Notes under the pieces: generated by a model
Databases searched by the model: none
What the model was told of the DNA's origin: nothing
Seen by the model: the letters and a program-made list of their open reading frames with translations, nothing else
Made by a program: the position numbers and the translations under genes
NCBI GenBank assembly: GCA_964010765.1
Contig: CAXGMD010000059.1
Location: forward strand, 1-22,172
DNA from: an uncultured bacterium
GTDB lineage: Bacteria; SAR324; NAC60-12
DNA length: 22,172 nucleotides
Direction of reading: 5' to 3'
Shown: piece after piece, positions 1 through 8,709 of the stretch
How the letters are laid out: every line of letters starts with the position of its first letter
Position numbering within the stretch: position 1 is the stretch's first letter

Positions 1-220
1 AATCAGAATACCAGCCGACACGTGTGTTGATCTCGGTATTGTTCATCCCAGCGGCTAGTACTCGGATCAATACTTCCCTCTCGCCAGGTTGGGGACGTTT
101 GACCACCCGACACTGCAATTGTTCGAAGCCCCCATTACCTGCTGTCACAACCGCTTTCATGGTCTTTTCATTTGGTAAGGGATCAAACCGATCTTGGTGG
201 GGGGAAGCGTCCCAGGTCAT
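1..220 (-). CDS. Zinc-binding/MDR-family alcohol dehydrogenase or quinone oxidoreductase, N-terminal part (runs off the window edge)
   Basis: Manual minus-strand translation from ATG 220: MTWDASPHQDRFDPLPNEKTMKAVVTAGNGGFEQLQCRVVKRPQPGEREVLIRVLAAGMNNTEINTRVGWYSD. The MKAV...P.PG..EVL.RV.AAG.N pattern is the GroES-like N-terminus of MDRs. An alternative in-frame ATG is at 160. Not in the ORF track. Confidence 0.85.
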   Translation of the reverse strand, partial: MTWDASPHQDRFDPLPNEKTMKAVVTAGNGGFEQLQCRVVKRPQPGEREVLIRVLAAGMNNTEINTRVGWYSD

Positions 221-343
221 CGAGTACCTTTATTTTTCAAGAAAAAGGGGAGCCTTGTAGAAAGGATCCAGTCTACCAATCCATTCAAGAATCAGTCATT
301 GGATGCAATGAATTCTGCTACGGAAGAAAGCGAGGTGGATGAT

Positions 344-1375
344 CTAGCAGGAGACGGTTGATACAACCATTTCATGATCAGACAGGTAATTTCCTACTTT
401 TGAGAGAGCGGGGACAACTCGAGATTGACTCCCTTGACAGGATCTGAGTAGTAACCAGTCCAGAGTTCGGTGAGGTGTGTGTGTGGAATGGTGAGGGCCT
501 CGACGAGTAGTGGTCTGGCCTGTATTGGCGGTTTTCCATGCAAAATTGTATTTTGCAAAAGTGGAGAAGCTAGGCTCCCAAGACTCCGGCTGGATTCTTC
601 GTTGTGTTTGATTGGTGTGGGCTTCGGAGAGAGTGTTGGTGTTCAGGTCACCTCCAATCACCATTGGAACCGTTCCATATTCCTGGACCAACAGTTCCAT
701 CAATCGCTGAGTCTGCTGATTCCGATGATCTGGATTACTTTCACTTTCATAATGAACAGCGACACAACCAAGTGGCCCTTTCTCCGTTTCCAGCAGCGCA
801 GCGATCGCCATGCGGCCACCGACTCGATGTTGCCCATCTTGTTTGGGTGACTGGACATACCACAGACCTCCTTCGTCCAGCGCGATCAGTTTGATCGCTT
901 GCAAAGGCCACCGAGACAGGATGGCATTGCCATGCAGTCCATGCTCATTTGGTACTCCGTTAAACTCAGCTGTCTCCAGTGGATCTCCCAATCCCAATTC
1001 GACGAACTCCACTCCAAAAGCGTAGCCCCAGCCCAACTGTTCTGCCAACTCCTTGGTGGTGTGGCGTTGTTTGGAGCGAGCCATTCCCCAGTCCACTTCG
1101 GTTGCCAACAAAACATCAATCTTTGCTGTGCGGATGACTTCAGCGCTCTCTTCGACCCACTTGCAGCGTTCAAGGTTCCAAGCTCCCACTACGAGCTTTT
1201 CAGGTAAATCGCTCGAAGCTTGTGGTTGCTTCACTTCCACCTCGTTGAGACAGGCCCAGCTTCCCATCCAGTGTTCATGAGACGCTGAACTACCCCAGCT
1301 CTTTGCAGCTTGGCTACGATCTTCTTGAGAAGGTGGTTGTAACTGGTCGACGGTTTTATGAACTACAGTGCGCAT
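344..1375 (-). CDS. Endonuclease/exonuclease/phosphatase (EEP) family metal-dependent phosphoesterase
   Basis: Motifs AWNLER, ATEVD, GNAILSRWP, GGDLN, LDWLL and SDHE. Starts 3 nt after the ATPase stop. No signal peptide seen. Confidence 0.9.
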   Translation of the reverse strand: MRTVVHKTVDQLQPPSQEDRSQAAKSWGSSASHEHWMGSWACLNEVEVKQPQASSDLPEKLVVGAWNLERCKWVEESAEVIRTAKIDVLLATEVDWGMARSKQRHTTKELAEQLGWGYAFGVEFVELGLGDPLETAEFNGVPNEHGLHGNAILSRWPLQAIKLIALDEGGLWYVQSPKQDGQHRVGGRMAIAALLETEKGPLGCVAVHYESESNPDHRNQQTQRLMELLVQEYGTVPMVIGGDLNTNTLSEAHTNQTQRRIQPESWEPSFSTFAKYNFAWKTANTGQTTTRRGPHHSTHTPHRTLDWLLLRSCQGSQSRVVPALSKVGNYLSDHEMVVSTVSC

Positions 1376-1378
1376 GTT

Positions 1379-2434
1379 TTATGTGTCAAATTTGGCTATG
1401 GCTCCTTGAATTCGGATACCAGTACGATCAAAGACCAAGGTGTTTTCTGGTTGGCAGTTGAGTTTGATTTGATTGCCCATTTCCCATCGAGGTTGGACAC
1501 CTGCTTCGAGGAACCATAGTTCACCGAATGCTGTGTGTACAGTAGTCAGTACCTCTCGGCCCATTGGCTCGACATGGCTGACTTCTCCTGGTATGCCAGT
1601 TTCCGCAACGACCAAGTTTTCAGGACGAATCCCCAAAGTTATTTCACCGTCAGCGTCATGAATTTGTAGAAAAAGATTATCCTTGCTGAGTCTCCCGTTT
1701 TGAACAGTTCCTTTGATCAGATTGAGAGGGGGGGACCCGATAAAACTGCCTACAAATAGTGTGTTGGGTTGAGCGTAGAGACTTTCAGGAGTACCAATTT
1801 GTTGGATTTGTCCTTCATTCATTACAATCACGCGATCAGACATTGTTGTCGCTTCCAACTGATCATGAGTGACCAAAACTGTTGTAAGATTGAACTTTCG
1901 AGTGATTCTTTTGATCTCTGCCCGCATAGTCAAACGCAGGGAAGCATCGAGATTCGACAGAGGTTCATCAAGAAGCAGTAGATTTGGACTCTTCACCAAG
2001 GCTCTAGCTAATGCGACCCGTTGTTGTTGACCACCTGAGAGCTCGCTGGGCTTGCGCTCCAGCAATTCACCGACCTGTACCAAGTCAGCCATTTCTCTAG
2101 CTAACGCTTCGCCACGAGAATTTGGCTGGAATCGGAGCGGGAACATGATGTTCTGCAAGGCTGTCATGTTCGGATAAAGAGCATAGGATTGGAAAACTAT
2201 GCTGACATTTCGTTCTCTGGCTTCAACCTCATTGATGATTGCTCCATCGAACAAAATATCACCCTTGGTGGGAAGATAGATCCCAGCAAGCATCAACAAA
2301 GTAGTTGACTTACCACAGCCGGACGGACCAAGCAGTGAAACAAATTCTCCATCTTCGATCACGAGGCTCATGTCTTTGACAGCGGTAGCCTTGTCCCAGG
2401 CTTTGGTTACATTTCGTAATTCTACTTTGGCCAT
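1379..2434 (-). CDS. CUT1 (MalK/UgpC-like) ABC transporter ATP-binding protein, operon A
   Basis: Walker A GPSGCGKST, FQSYALYP, signature LSGGQQQR, Walker B LLLLDEP, VTHDQ, and a C-terminal TOBE region (LGIRPE). Confidence 0.95.
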   Translation of the reverse strand: MAKVELRNVTKAWDKATAVKDMSLVIEDGEFVSLLGPSGCGKSTTLLMLAGIYLPTKGDILFDGAIINEVEARERNVSIVFQSYALYPNMTALQNIMFPLRFQPNSRGEALAREMADLVQVGELLERKPSELSGGQQQRVALARALVKSPNLLLLDEPLSNLDASLRLTMRAEIKRITRKFNLTTVLVTHDQLEATTMSDRVIVMNEGQIQQIGTPESLYAQPNTLFVGSFIGSPPLNLIKGTVQNGRLSKDNLFLQIHDADGEITLGIRPENLVVAETGIPGEVSHVEPMGREVLTTVHTAFGELWFLEAGVQPRWEMGNQIKLNCQPENTLVFDRTGIRIQGAIAKFDT

Positions 2435-3504
2435 CAGCCTTTTACTCCCCCAAGAGTCATTTGAGTCAAATACTTTTGACAGGCAAGATAAAGCAATAGG
2501 GCTGGGAGCAGATAGAGGACTGCCACGGCGGCTACGATGCCGTAGTCGACACCCATTACATCTTCACTTACATAGTATAGGTAGGTAGACATCACCGTAT
2601 AACTTTGCCCAGTGGTCAATCCGGTCACAAAAACGTATTCTTCCCAACCTTTGATGAATGCAAAGACTCCCACGGCAATCAATCCGACTCTTACTTGAGG
2701 AAGAATCACCATTCTGAAAGCTTGTCGACGAGAAGCCCCATCTGTCATCGCACTCATTTCAATATCCCATGGAACTGCGTCAAAAAACCCCTTCATTATA
2801 AAGATAAAGAATGGCAATTCTAAGGCTGTGATCACAAGAATAGGAGCATAGATGGTGTTGACCAAGCCAACCCAGTAAACAATCAAGAAGATCGGAATGA
2901 CGAGTGTAATTGCTGGGAATGCTTGGAGTACAAGCAAGGATTGCAGGAAAAGAGAGCGTCCCGTGAAGGCAAACCTAGAAAGATAATAACCTGCCAAGGA
3001 ACTGACAGTCACTACGATCACTGTCTGAAAACTTGCGAGAAACAATGAATTAAAAAAAGCTTCCCAAACCCAAGGAAACTGTCCTCCAGCTGTGGCAACT
3101 CCACGAATATCTTCCACTAGATTCGGATTAACCATGAATCTGAAGTTTTTGAGGTGGAATTCATCCCAGAGTAGTACAGCCCCTATCGCAAACCCAACCC
3201 CAATCAAAACCCAACCCCAACGCCGCTTGTTGGGAAGATCTTCAATGTTGTGTATCACGGCATAAATGATGAGCATTGGGGTGAGGATGGCTGCAGCAAT
3301 CCAAAGGGTCGCCGTTTCAACACCACCAGTTTTAGCTGTGAAAGCGATGGTTACCATCCAAAGGTAAGCCAGTAAGATGGGTATCGAAACGACAGATAGA
3401 AAGATCGTCAAGGCAGCTAATTTCCATTGTCGTCTTCTACGGGATCGAAGAACTGCCTGCTGCCATTTTACAGATCGTTCTTGTTCGATTTGTCTGTTAG
3501 TCAT
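2434..3504 (-). CDS. Carbohydrate ABC transporter permease (MalG/UgpE-like) with an N-terminal membrane insertion, operon A
   Basis: Multiple hydrophobic segments and EAA-like loop VPWDIEMSAMTDGASR. TGATG overlap with the ATPase start. Confidence 0.93.
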   Translation of the reverse strand: MTNRQIEQERSVKWQQAVLRSRRRRQWKLAALTIFLSVVSIPILLAYLWMVTIAFTAKTGGVETATLWIAAAILTPMLIIYAVIHNIEDLPNKRRWGWVLIGVGFAIGAVLLWDEFHLKNFRFMVNPNLVEDIRGVATAGGQFPWVWEAFFNSLFLASFQTVIVVTVSSLAGYYLSRFAFTGRSLFLQSLLVLQAFPAITLVIPIFLIVYWVGLVNTIYAPILVITALELPFFIFIMKGFFDAVPWDIEMSAMTDGASRRQAFRMVILPQVRVGLIAVGVFAFIKGWEEYVFVTGLTTGQSYTVMSTYLYYVSEDVMGVDYGIVAAVAVLYLLPALLLYLACQKYLTQMTLGGVKG

Positions 3505-4442
3505 CGAACCTCAATGCGAGGTCGTTGGAGCAGTCGATCCATCTTTGTCAGACGCCACATCCCCAAAGCTGCGATGATCCCAATCACGATTAAAATCAAA
3601 GCTATCGCTGCACCATAGGCGTATTGACCTCCACCTATCTGGGGTGCAAGGGTTTTAGTGTAGGACAACATCGCCATCGTCATCGTCTGTCGCGCTGGTC
3701 CCATGATCAAGAAAATGTACTCAAAGGAAACAAGCAGAGCGAGCGCTTGATAGATCGTGATGTAGCTGATTGGCCATCGTAAAGCAGGGAGGATGATGTG
3801 TCGGATCAAAGCAAAGCTTCCGGCACCATCAGCACGAGCTGCATGAAATAGTTGAATAGGAATGGAGCGAATCGCACTGGTAAAAATCACCATACCTAAG
3901 GATGCCCCGATCAACCCGTTGGCCACCACAATGACAACCATTGAGAAATTGAGCCTCAAATTCAGAGGCTCTCCACCAAAGAACATCCAGATCTGATTGA
4001 AGAGACCTCGCTCGCTTGCATCTACAACCCAGAGCCAAAGCAAAGCATACACAACAGAAGGACTCATTCTGGGTAGCAACCAGACAGCCCGAAAAAAGGA
4101 TCCGAGTCGCTCTGGCATGGAGGTTGTGGTGAGCGCCAGAATTAAGGCAAAACTCAGGTTGAAGAAAAGGAGTGTGAAAAAAACAAACGTTCCAGAGAGT
4201 GCTAATGCTTTGAAAAAAGAGCCTCTTAGTTCGAATCCAAAGAATGCATCAGCATCTAATTTACCAAGTTTCTCAAACTGACGTGTGGTGGGAAAATTGT
4301 CGAAGTGAATGGTCTGGGCCATCTCGGTGAACGCCACAAGGAAGTTCACAACGATCGGGGCCAGCAAAAACATAGCAAGCAACAAACAAGCTGGACCTAA
4401 GAAAATTAACTGGTCCAGATGGTTTTTCCATTGACGACTCAT
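3501..4442 (-). CDS. Carbohydrate ABC transporter permease (MalF/UgpA-like), operon A
   Basis: Hydrophobic helices and EAA-like IPIQLFHAARADGAG. ATGA overlap with the next permease. Confidence 0.93.
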   Translation of the reverse strand: MSRQWKNHLDQLIFLGPACLLLAMFLLAPIVVNFLVAFTEMAQTIHFDNFPTTRQFEKLGKLDADAFFGFELRGSFFKALALSGTFVFFTLLFFNLSFALILALTTTSMPERLGSFFRAVWLLPRMSPSVVYALLWLWVVDASERGLFNQIWMFFGGEPLNLRLNFSMVVIVVANGLIGASLGMVIFTSAIRSIPIQLFHAARADGAGSFALIRHIILPALRWPISYITIYQALALLVSFEYIFLIMGPARQTMTMAMLSYTKTLAPQIGGGQYAYGAAIALILIVIGIIAALGMWRLTKMDRLLQRPRIEVR

Positions 4443-4455
4443 TGAAAGGCTCGAT

Positions 4456-4479
4456 TAGGCGACCCCAAGAGGTCGCCTA
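4456..4479. terminator. Intercistronic stem-loop after the operon A SBP gene (mRNA stabiliser or partial terminator)
   Basis: Perfect 9-bp inverted repeat TAGGCGACC-ccaaga-GGTCGCCTA. The T-tract follows on the + strand, not on the sense strand. Confidence 0.65.
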
Positions 4480-4501
4480 TTTTTTCAATTTTGAAATGAA
4501 G

Positions 4502-5851
4502 TCAATCTAGAATGATGACATCAGATCCGAGTTCAACCTCTAATTCCTCAAGCACCATGTCAGCTGCGTCCTCAGGGCTCATTTCCCCTGTTTCTACAGC
4601 TTGTACACCCGTGTATGTGATGGCATTATACTGCCCAATCTTAGCATGATTCGGCATAAACTCGGCGTACTTCAGCATTGGTGTTCCTGCAATCAAAGCC
4701 CAACCTTTCTCCTGAAAATCAGGCATAGCCGTTTGACCGTAATTGATTGGGGTGTGATTCGTGCCGACAGCGTGGGCTGTATTAGGTACATGCTGAGAAG
4801 CCAAACCTACCAACATTGCAGCCAAATCTTTTTTCGGAGTGTCTCCCACAATATACACAATTGGGTGTGACAGATTCTTCGGCTGACCACCCTTCTTTGC
4901 TGGTGGTGCATGGATCCAAGTAAGTTTGCGGAAATAGTCCTCCTTACCCTTTAGTCCAAAAGCCTCCAATTGGGCTCCCACATTCCAGATGCCATGAAAT
5001 TTACCCATTGAGTCCCCGCCTCGGAAAGCGGCGTGCGTGCTATCCCAACTGTAACTTGTCATGTCAGCTGGTAAAGAACCATTGTTCACACAATACTGCA
5101 ACCAGCCATAGTACTCCACCAATCCCTTTCGAGTAATCTGCAGTTTGGCCTGATCTTCATTGTAAATATCAATTCCAAATGAAGCCATCGCCATCTGGAA
5201 ATCAGGACCTACGTTGGGACGATGCACCCAACCAACTTTTGCGGCACCTGACTTCACAGCTTCTGCAGCCAAGTCGCACCAGTCATACATGGTGAATTCG
5301 CCAGCCTCTACCTGTCCCGGGAGAGCTGCAATGTAGTCCTCTGACTTTCCAGCAGCTCGGAGGATGTCATTGTTGATAAAAAACATCCGAATCTCAGAGT
5401 CTTGGGGGACACCGTAGCGTTCACCCTTGTATGAAACTGAGTTCCAAAGTTGTGGGATCATATCCGCATACATCCCTTCATTCGCTTTGATATGATCTTC
5501 CAGGTTTGCAGCTAGACCAGCTTCAACAAAGGACCCGATCCACTCGTGTGCTGCAACAGCAATGTCGGGTGTTTCTCCTACGGAATGTGCTTTGAGTAAT
5601 GCGAGTGCATCAGCATCAAAGCCCTTACTGTTAGTTTCGATCAATTCAACTTTGATTTGCGTATCAGATCCAGCGGCAGCAAACATCCGATTCATTTGGT
5701 CAGCGGCAGCAACAATATTCCCTGGTCGCAAGGGTCCTGAACGATCAGCCAAAGACCAAAGTTTGATCGTTACTTCCTCTGCAAAAAGAGGTGTCAAATG
5801 CATTGAGCTGAAAAAAGCAAGAGCAGCTCCTATCAAAACTTTCTTGAACAT
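4502..5851 (-). CDS. ABC transporter substrate-binding protein (SBP_bac_1/8, UgpB-like), operon A
   Basis: Signal peptide MFKKVLIGAALAFFSSMHLTPLFA; motifs PDIAV, YGVPQDSEIR, HRPNVGPDF. Start moved from TTG 5863 to ATG 5851 because GGAGAG lies just upstream of it. Confidence 0.92.
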   Translation of the reverse strand: MFKKVLIGAALAFFSSMHLTPLFAEEVTIKLWSLADRSGPLRPGNIVAAADQMNRMFAAAGSDTQIKVELIETNSKGFDADALALLKAHSVGETPDIAVAAHEWIGSFVEAGLAANLEDHIKANEGMYADMIPQLWNSVSYKGERYGVPQDSEIRMFFINNDILRAAGKSEDYIAALPGQVEAGEFTMYDWCDLAAEAVKSGAAKVGWVHRPNVGPDFQMAMASFGIDIYNEDQAKLQITRKGLVEYYGWLQYCVNNGSLPADMTSYSWDSTHAAFRGGDSMGKFHGIWNVGAQLEAFGLKGKEDYFRKLTWIHAPPAKKGGQPKNLSHPIVYIVGDTPKKDLAAMLVGLASQHVPNTAHAVGTNHTPINYGQTAMPDFQEKGWALIAGTPMLKYAEFMPNHAKIGQYNAITYTGVQAVETGEMSPEDAADMVLEELEVELGSDVIILD

Positions 5852-5970
5852 CAGACTCTCCAAGTTAGGAAATTACTTACAGGATATTTGGCTCTGAAGA
5901 CCAACCACAGTCAGGAAACTCAAAATCTATTCTGAGTTAGAACCAAAACCCGAATTAATGTAGGTCGTCA

Positions 5971-5989
5971 TTGTTAAGAAATGATTAAG
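5971..5989 (-). promoter_or_regulatory. Candidate OmpR/PhoB-family direct-repeat operator (Pho-box-like) upstream of operon A
   Basis: Minus strand reads CTTAATCA-ttt-CTTAACAA, an 11-bp-period direct repeat about 120 nt upstream of the SBP start. Confidence 0.35.
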
Positions 5990-6242
5990 CACAGCTAAAC
6001 AAAAAAAGGCCTTCTGCAAATTAGTCAGATTTTCAAGGGATGTGATAAAAGGCTTTCAACAAGTAATAATCAACGTGAAGAAAGCTATCATTGCAGCGGT
6101 CTATGAAAGCAGGGTTTGAAAAGATTATTCGGTTTGAGGATATCTGGGGATAGATTGTAGAAATTGACTTTACTGGAGGTCTTTTAAAGAGGGCTTTCTC
6201 GAAGTGGAGCATCGCCTTTAGTCAAAGCTGAGGTGTTTAATC

Positions 6243-6636
6243 ATGTTTGAATATGACGATGAAATGAAGTGGGTTCAATGCTCTATGATCCTAGATGTGA
6301 TGAGAGCGTTTTTAACCATTTCTCTAAGATACATCGGGAAACCATGTCACTTTGTAGGGCTGCGGTTGCACCAAGAAAGGCCGGAAGTTTGCCAAACCAA
6401 TAATCCTTTTGTAGTTCCGTGAATTCAGCAAGGCCCAATTGCGAGATTTTCTCAAAGGCCACAGCGAAAATCCAATCTTGCAATTTATCGAGCAATTCAA
6501 AAGAAACTTTTCCAAAAAATGTACCTTGGGGAAAGCTCTCGAGGTCTTTCCAACTCCAAATACAGAGACAATTGCTCAGAAGCATCGGAGCTTGGAGTAC
6601 CTCGGTTTTCTTTCACTACTCAATTTACACTTGTAG
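6243..6636 (+). pseudogene. Possible decayed gene or small ORF between the two ABC operons
   Basis: GAGGTG (6230-6235) precedes ATG 6243, opening a 59-aa ORF to 6422 (MFEYDDEMKWVQ...). Protein-like text continues in another frame (FREFSKAQLRDFLKGHSENPILQFIEQF... to 6636). No family recognised. Confidence 0.25.
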
Positions 6637-6818
6637 ATCATCATAGGATTTACAGCCTCAGTGGAGGTTCGTGGTTCCAACTACTCCCCAAAGATATCTG
6701 AAGAATTTAAGGTTTTCTTGCTTTCCGTATCTTTCACATTTCAATTTTTCGAACGGTTACGCGACAGAAGAATCGCTCAATGGATGGATTGGCGATAGTT
6801 GAATTATCGGACTAATTT

Positions 6819-7877
6819 TTAGAAGCGAAGGCCTGCTTGATTGAAAATCAGTAGTTTTTCAGGGTGGATTCCCCAGTTGACTTTTGTGTTTTTTTCAATA
6901 CTTGCATTAGCAGAGGACTGAATTGAACGGAGAATACTTCCATCATCCAGCATTACGTCATATAGATTTTCACGCCCTTGGGTTTCAACAAAAGAGATGG
7001 TTCCAGGGATTTGAATAGGGTTGTTGGGTTGGTAGTGTTCTGGCCGAATACCCAAGCGAATCTTGGTGTCATTGGTAGGCGTGGAGCTGCCTGGAAAGTC
7101 AAATTGAATTTTTCCGTCCAACAGATGAATCGAACCATCCTGGACGTGAGCATCCAGAAAAGCGATTGGTGGGTTACCCAAGAAACCAGCTACAAAATCG
7201 TTGATTGGTTGTTGATACATTTCTGTGGGAGAAGCAACTTGTAGAATCTCACCTTCCTTCATGATTGCGATCCGGTCACTCATGCTCATCGCTTCCACCT
7301 GATCATGAGTCACCAGCACTGCGGAGATTCCAGTTTCTAACTGAATCCGCCGGATTTCAGATCGCATTTCTAGACGTAGCTTGGCGTCCAGGTTTGCCAA
7401 GGGTTCATCAAGTAGAAGAATGCTAGGTTTGCGCACCAATGCTCTTGCGAGGGCAACACGCTGTTGTTGACCGCCAGAAAGCTGCTCGGGTCGTCGCTCT
7501 AATAATTCTCCAATATGAACCAACTCAGCAATTTCAGCGACTTTCTCTCGGATTGTGTTTTTGTGCTCTTTGCGGACAGTCAATGGAAAAGCAATGTTTT
7601 CAAAAACACTCATATGAGGATAGAGCGCATAGGACTGGAACACGACACCCACATTGCGTTGCTGGGCTGGAACACGACTGACGTCTCGATCTCCAAAGAG
7701 GACACGTCCACCATCAACCCGATGAATTCCACAAATTGTGAAGAGAGTGGTGGATTTCCCGCATCCAGATGGGCCCAGAAGGGCTAGCATTTCACCTTCC
7801 CGAATCTTCAGGTTCATTTTTTCGATGACGGTCACATCACCAAAGCGTTTGGTGAAATCTTCAAGAATGATTTCCAT
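6819..7877 (-). CDS. CUT1 (MalK/UgpC-like) ABC transporter ATP-binding protein, operon B
   Basis: GPSGCGKST, FQSYALYP, LSGGQQQR, LLLDEP, VTHDQ and LGIRPE. Confidence 0.95.
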   Translation of the reverse strand: MEIILEDFTKRFGDVTVIEKMNLKIREGEMLALLGPSGCGKSTTLFTICGIHRVDGGRVLFGDRDVSRVPAQQRNVGVVFQSYALYPHMSVFENIAFPLTVRKEHKNTIREKVAEIAELVHIGELLERRPEQLSGGQQQRVALARALVRKPSILLLDEPLANLDAKLRLEMRSEIRRIQLETGISAVLVTHDQVEAMSMSDRIAIMKEGEILQVASPTEMYQQPINDFVAGFLGNPPIAFLDAHVQDGSIHLLDGKIQFDFPGSSTPTNDTKIRLGIRPEHYQPNNPIQIPGTISFVETQGRENLYDVMLDDGSILRSIQSSANASIEKNTKVNWGIHPEKLLIFNQAGLRF

Positions 7878-8701
7878 CAGCCTTTGGTTCCTCCTCCGTA
7901 GATGTTCATCAATTTATCTTGGAAGAACAGATACATGATTACGACGGGAGTCGCATAGAAGAGCCCCACTGATTTGAAGAGATTGAATTCAAAATTTCGA
8001 TCATCTGCGATTAGGGAAGCCAAGTAGCCAGAAAGTACCTGAACATTATTCGCTGGCGCCAAAACGGTTGGTAGGATGTACTCCCCCCAGCCAGAGAGAA
8101 AAGAGAACACACCCAAGGCGATAATCCCCGGACGGACTTGTGGGAGAACCAGACGATACCAAACCGTGAAACGACTAGCACCATCCTGCAATCCTGCCAT
8201 CTCAATCTCCCAGGGCACGGAGTCATAGAATCCTTTCATAATCCAAATACCGAGTGGGAGCTGGAGCGATGTCATCACGATAATCACTCCGATCAGGGTA
8301 TTGTAGAGCCCGATCAATTGCAGAATCAGAAAGATCGCGATGATCAAAGTGATCGAAGGAAAAGCGTGTAAGATCAAAACTCCTGCAAGAAATTCGCGAC
8401 GAAACGGAATATTCAGGCGAGATAGTGCGTACCCTGCCGTTGAAGAAACAGAGAGCACCAGTAACATCACAGAGCTGGCAAAAACGAGAGTATTCAGGGT
8501 CACCTGCCAGATATTTGCTTTCCCCTCAATGTCCTCGTAAAGGAAGCGCCAGTGTTCCAAGGTAAAGCTACTTGGCAGGATTCCTCCAGGTTCTGTATTG
8601 GTGATGGTATCCAGCACCAGATAGGAATACATCAACACGATCGGCACAGTTGCCAACACCAAAGCAGTAAGAATTGGCCAATTCTTGAAGTTTTGAGACA
8701 C
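7877..8701 (-). CDS. Carbohydrate ABC transporter permease (MalG/UgpE-like), operon B
   Basis: GTG start, EAA-like VPWEIEMAGLQDGASR, hydrophobic helices, and TGATG overlap with the ATPase. Confidence 0.93.
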   Translation of the reverse strand: MSQNFKNWPILTALVLATVPIVLMYSYLVLDTITNTEPGGILPSSFTLEHWRFLYEDIEGKANIWQVTLNTLVFASSVMLLVLSVSSTAGYALSRLNIPFRREFLAGVLILHAFPSITLIIAIFLILQLIGLYNTLIGVIIVMTSLQLPLGIWIMKGFYDSVPWEIEMAGLQDGASRFTVWYRLVLPQVRPGIIALGVFSFLSGWGEYILPTVLAPANNVQVLSGYLASLIADDRNFEFNLFKSVGLFYATPVVIMYLFFQDKLMNIYGGGTKG

Positions 8702-8709
8702 CAGAACCC

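Noticed and set aside
24..260. + strand 78-aa ORF, and the many other short antisense or nested ORFs in the track
   Set aside because: They are shadows of well-supported genes on the opposite strand or frame and show no motifs.
6283..6585. Minus-strand 100-aa ORF as a ROK-regulator C-terminal remnant
   Set aside because: Only a vague LGATAAL resemblance, with no diagnostic motifs or RBS.
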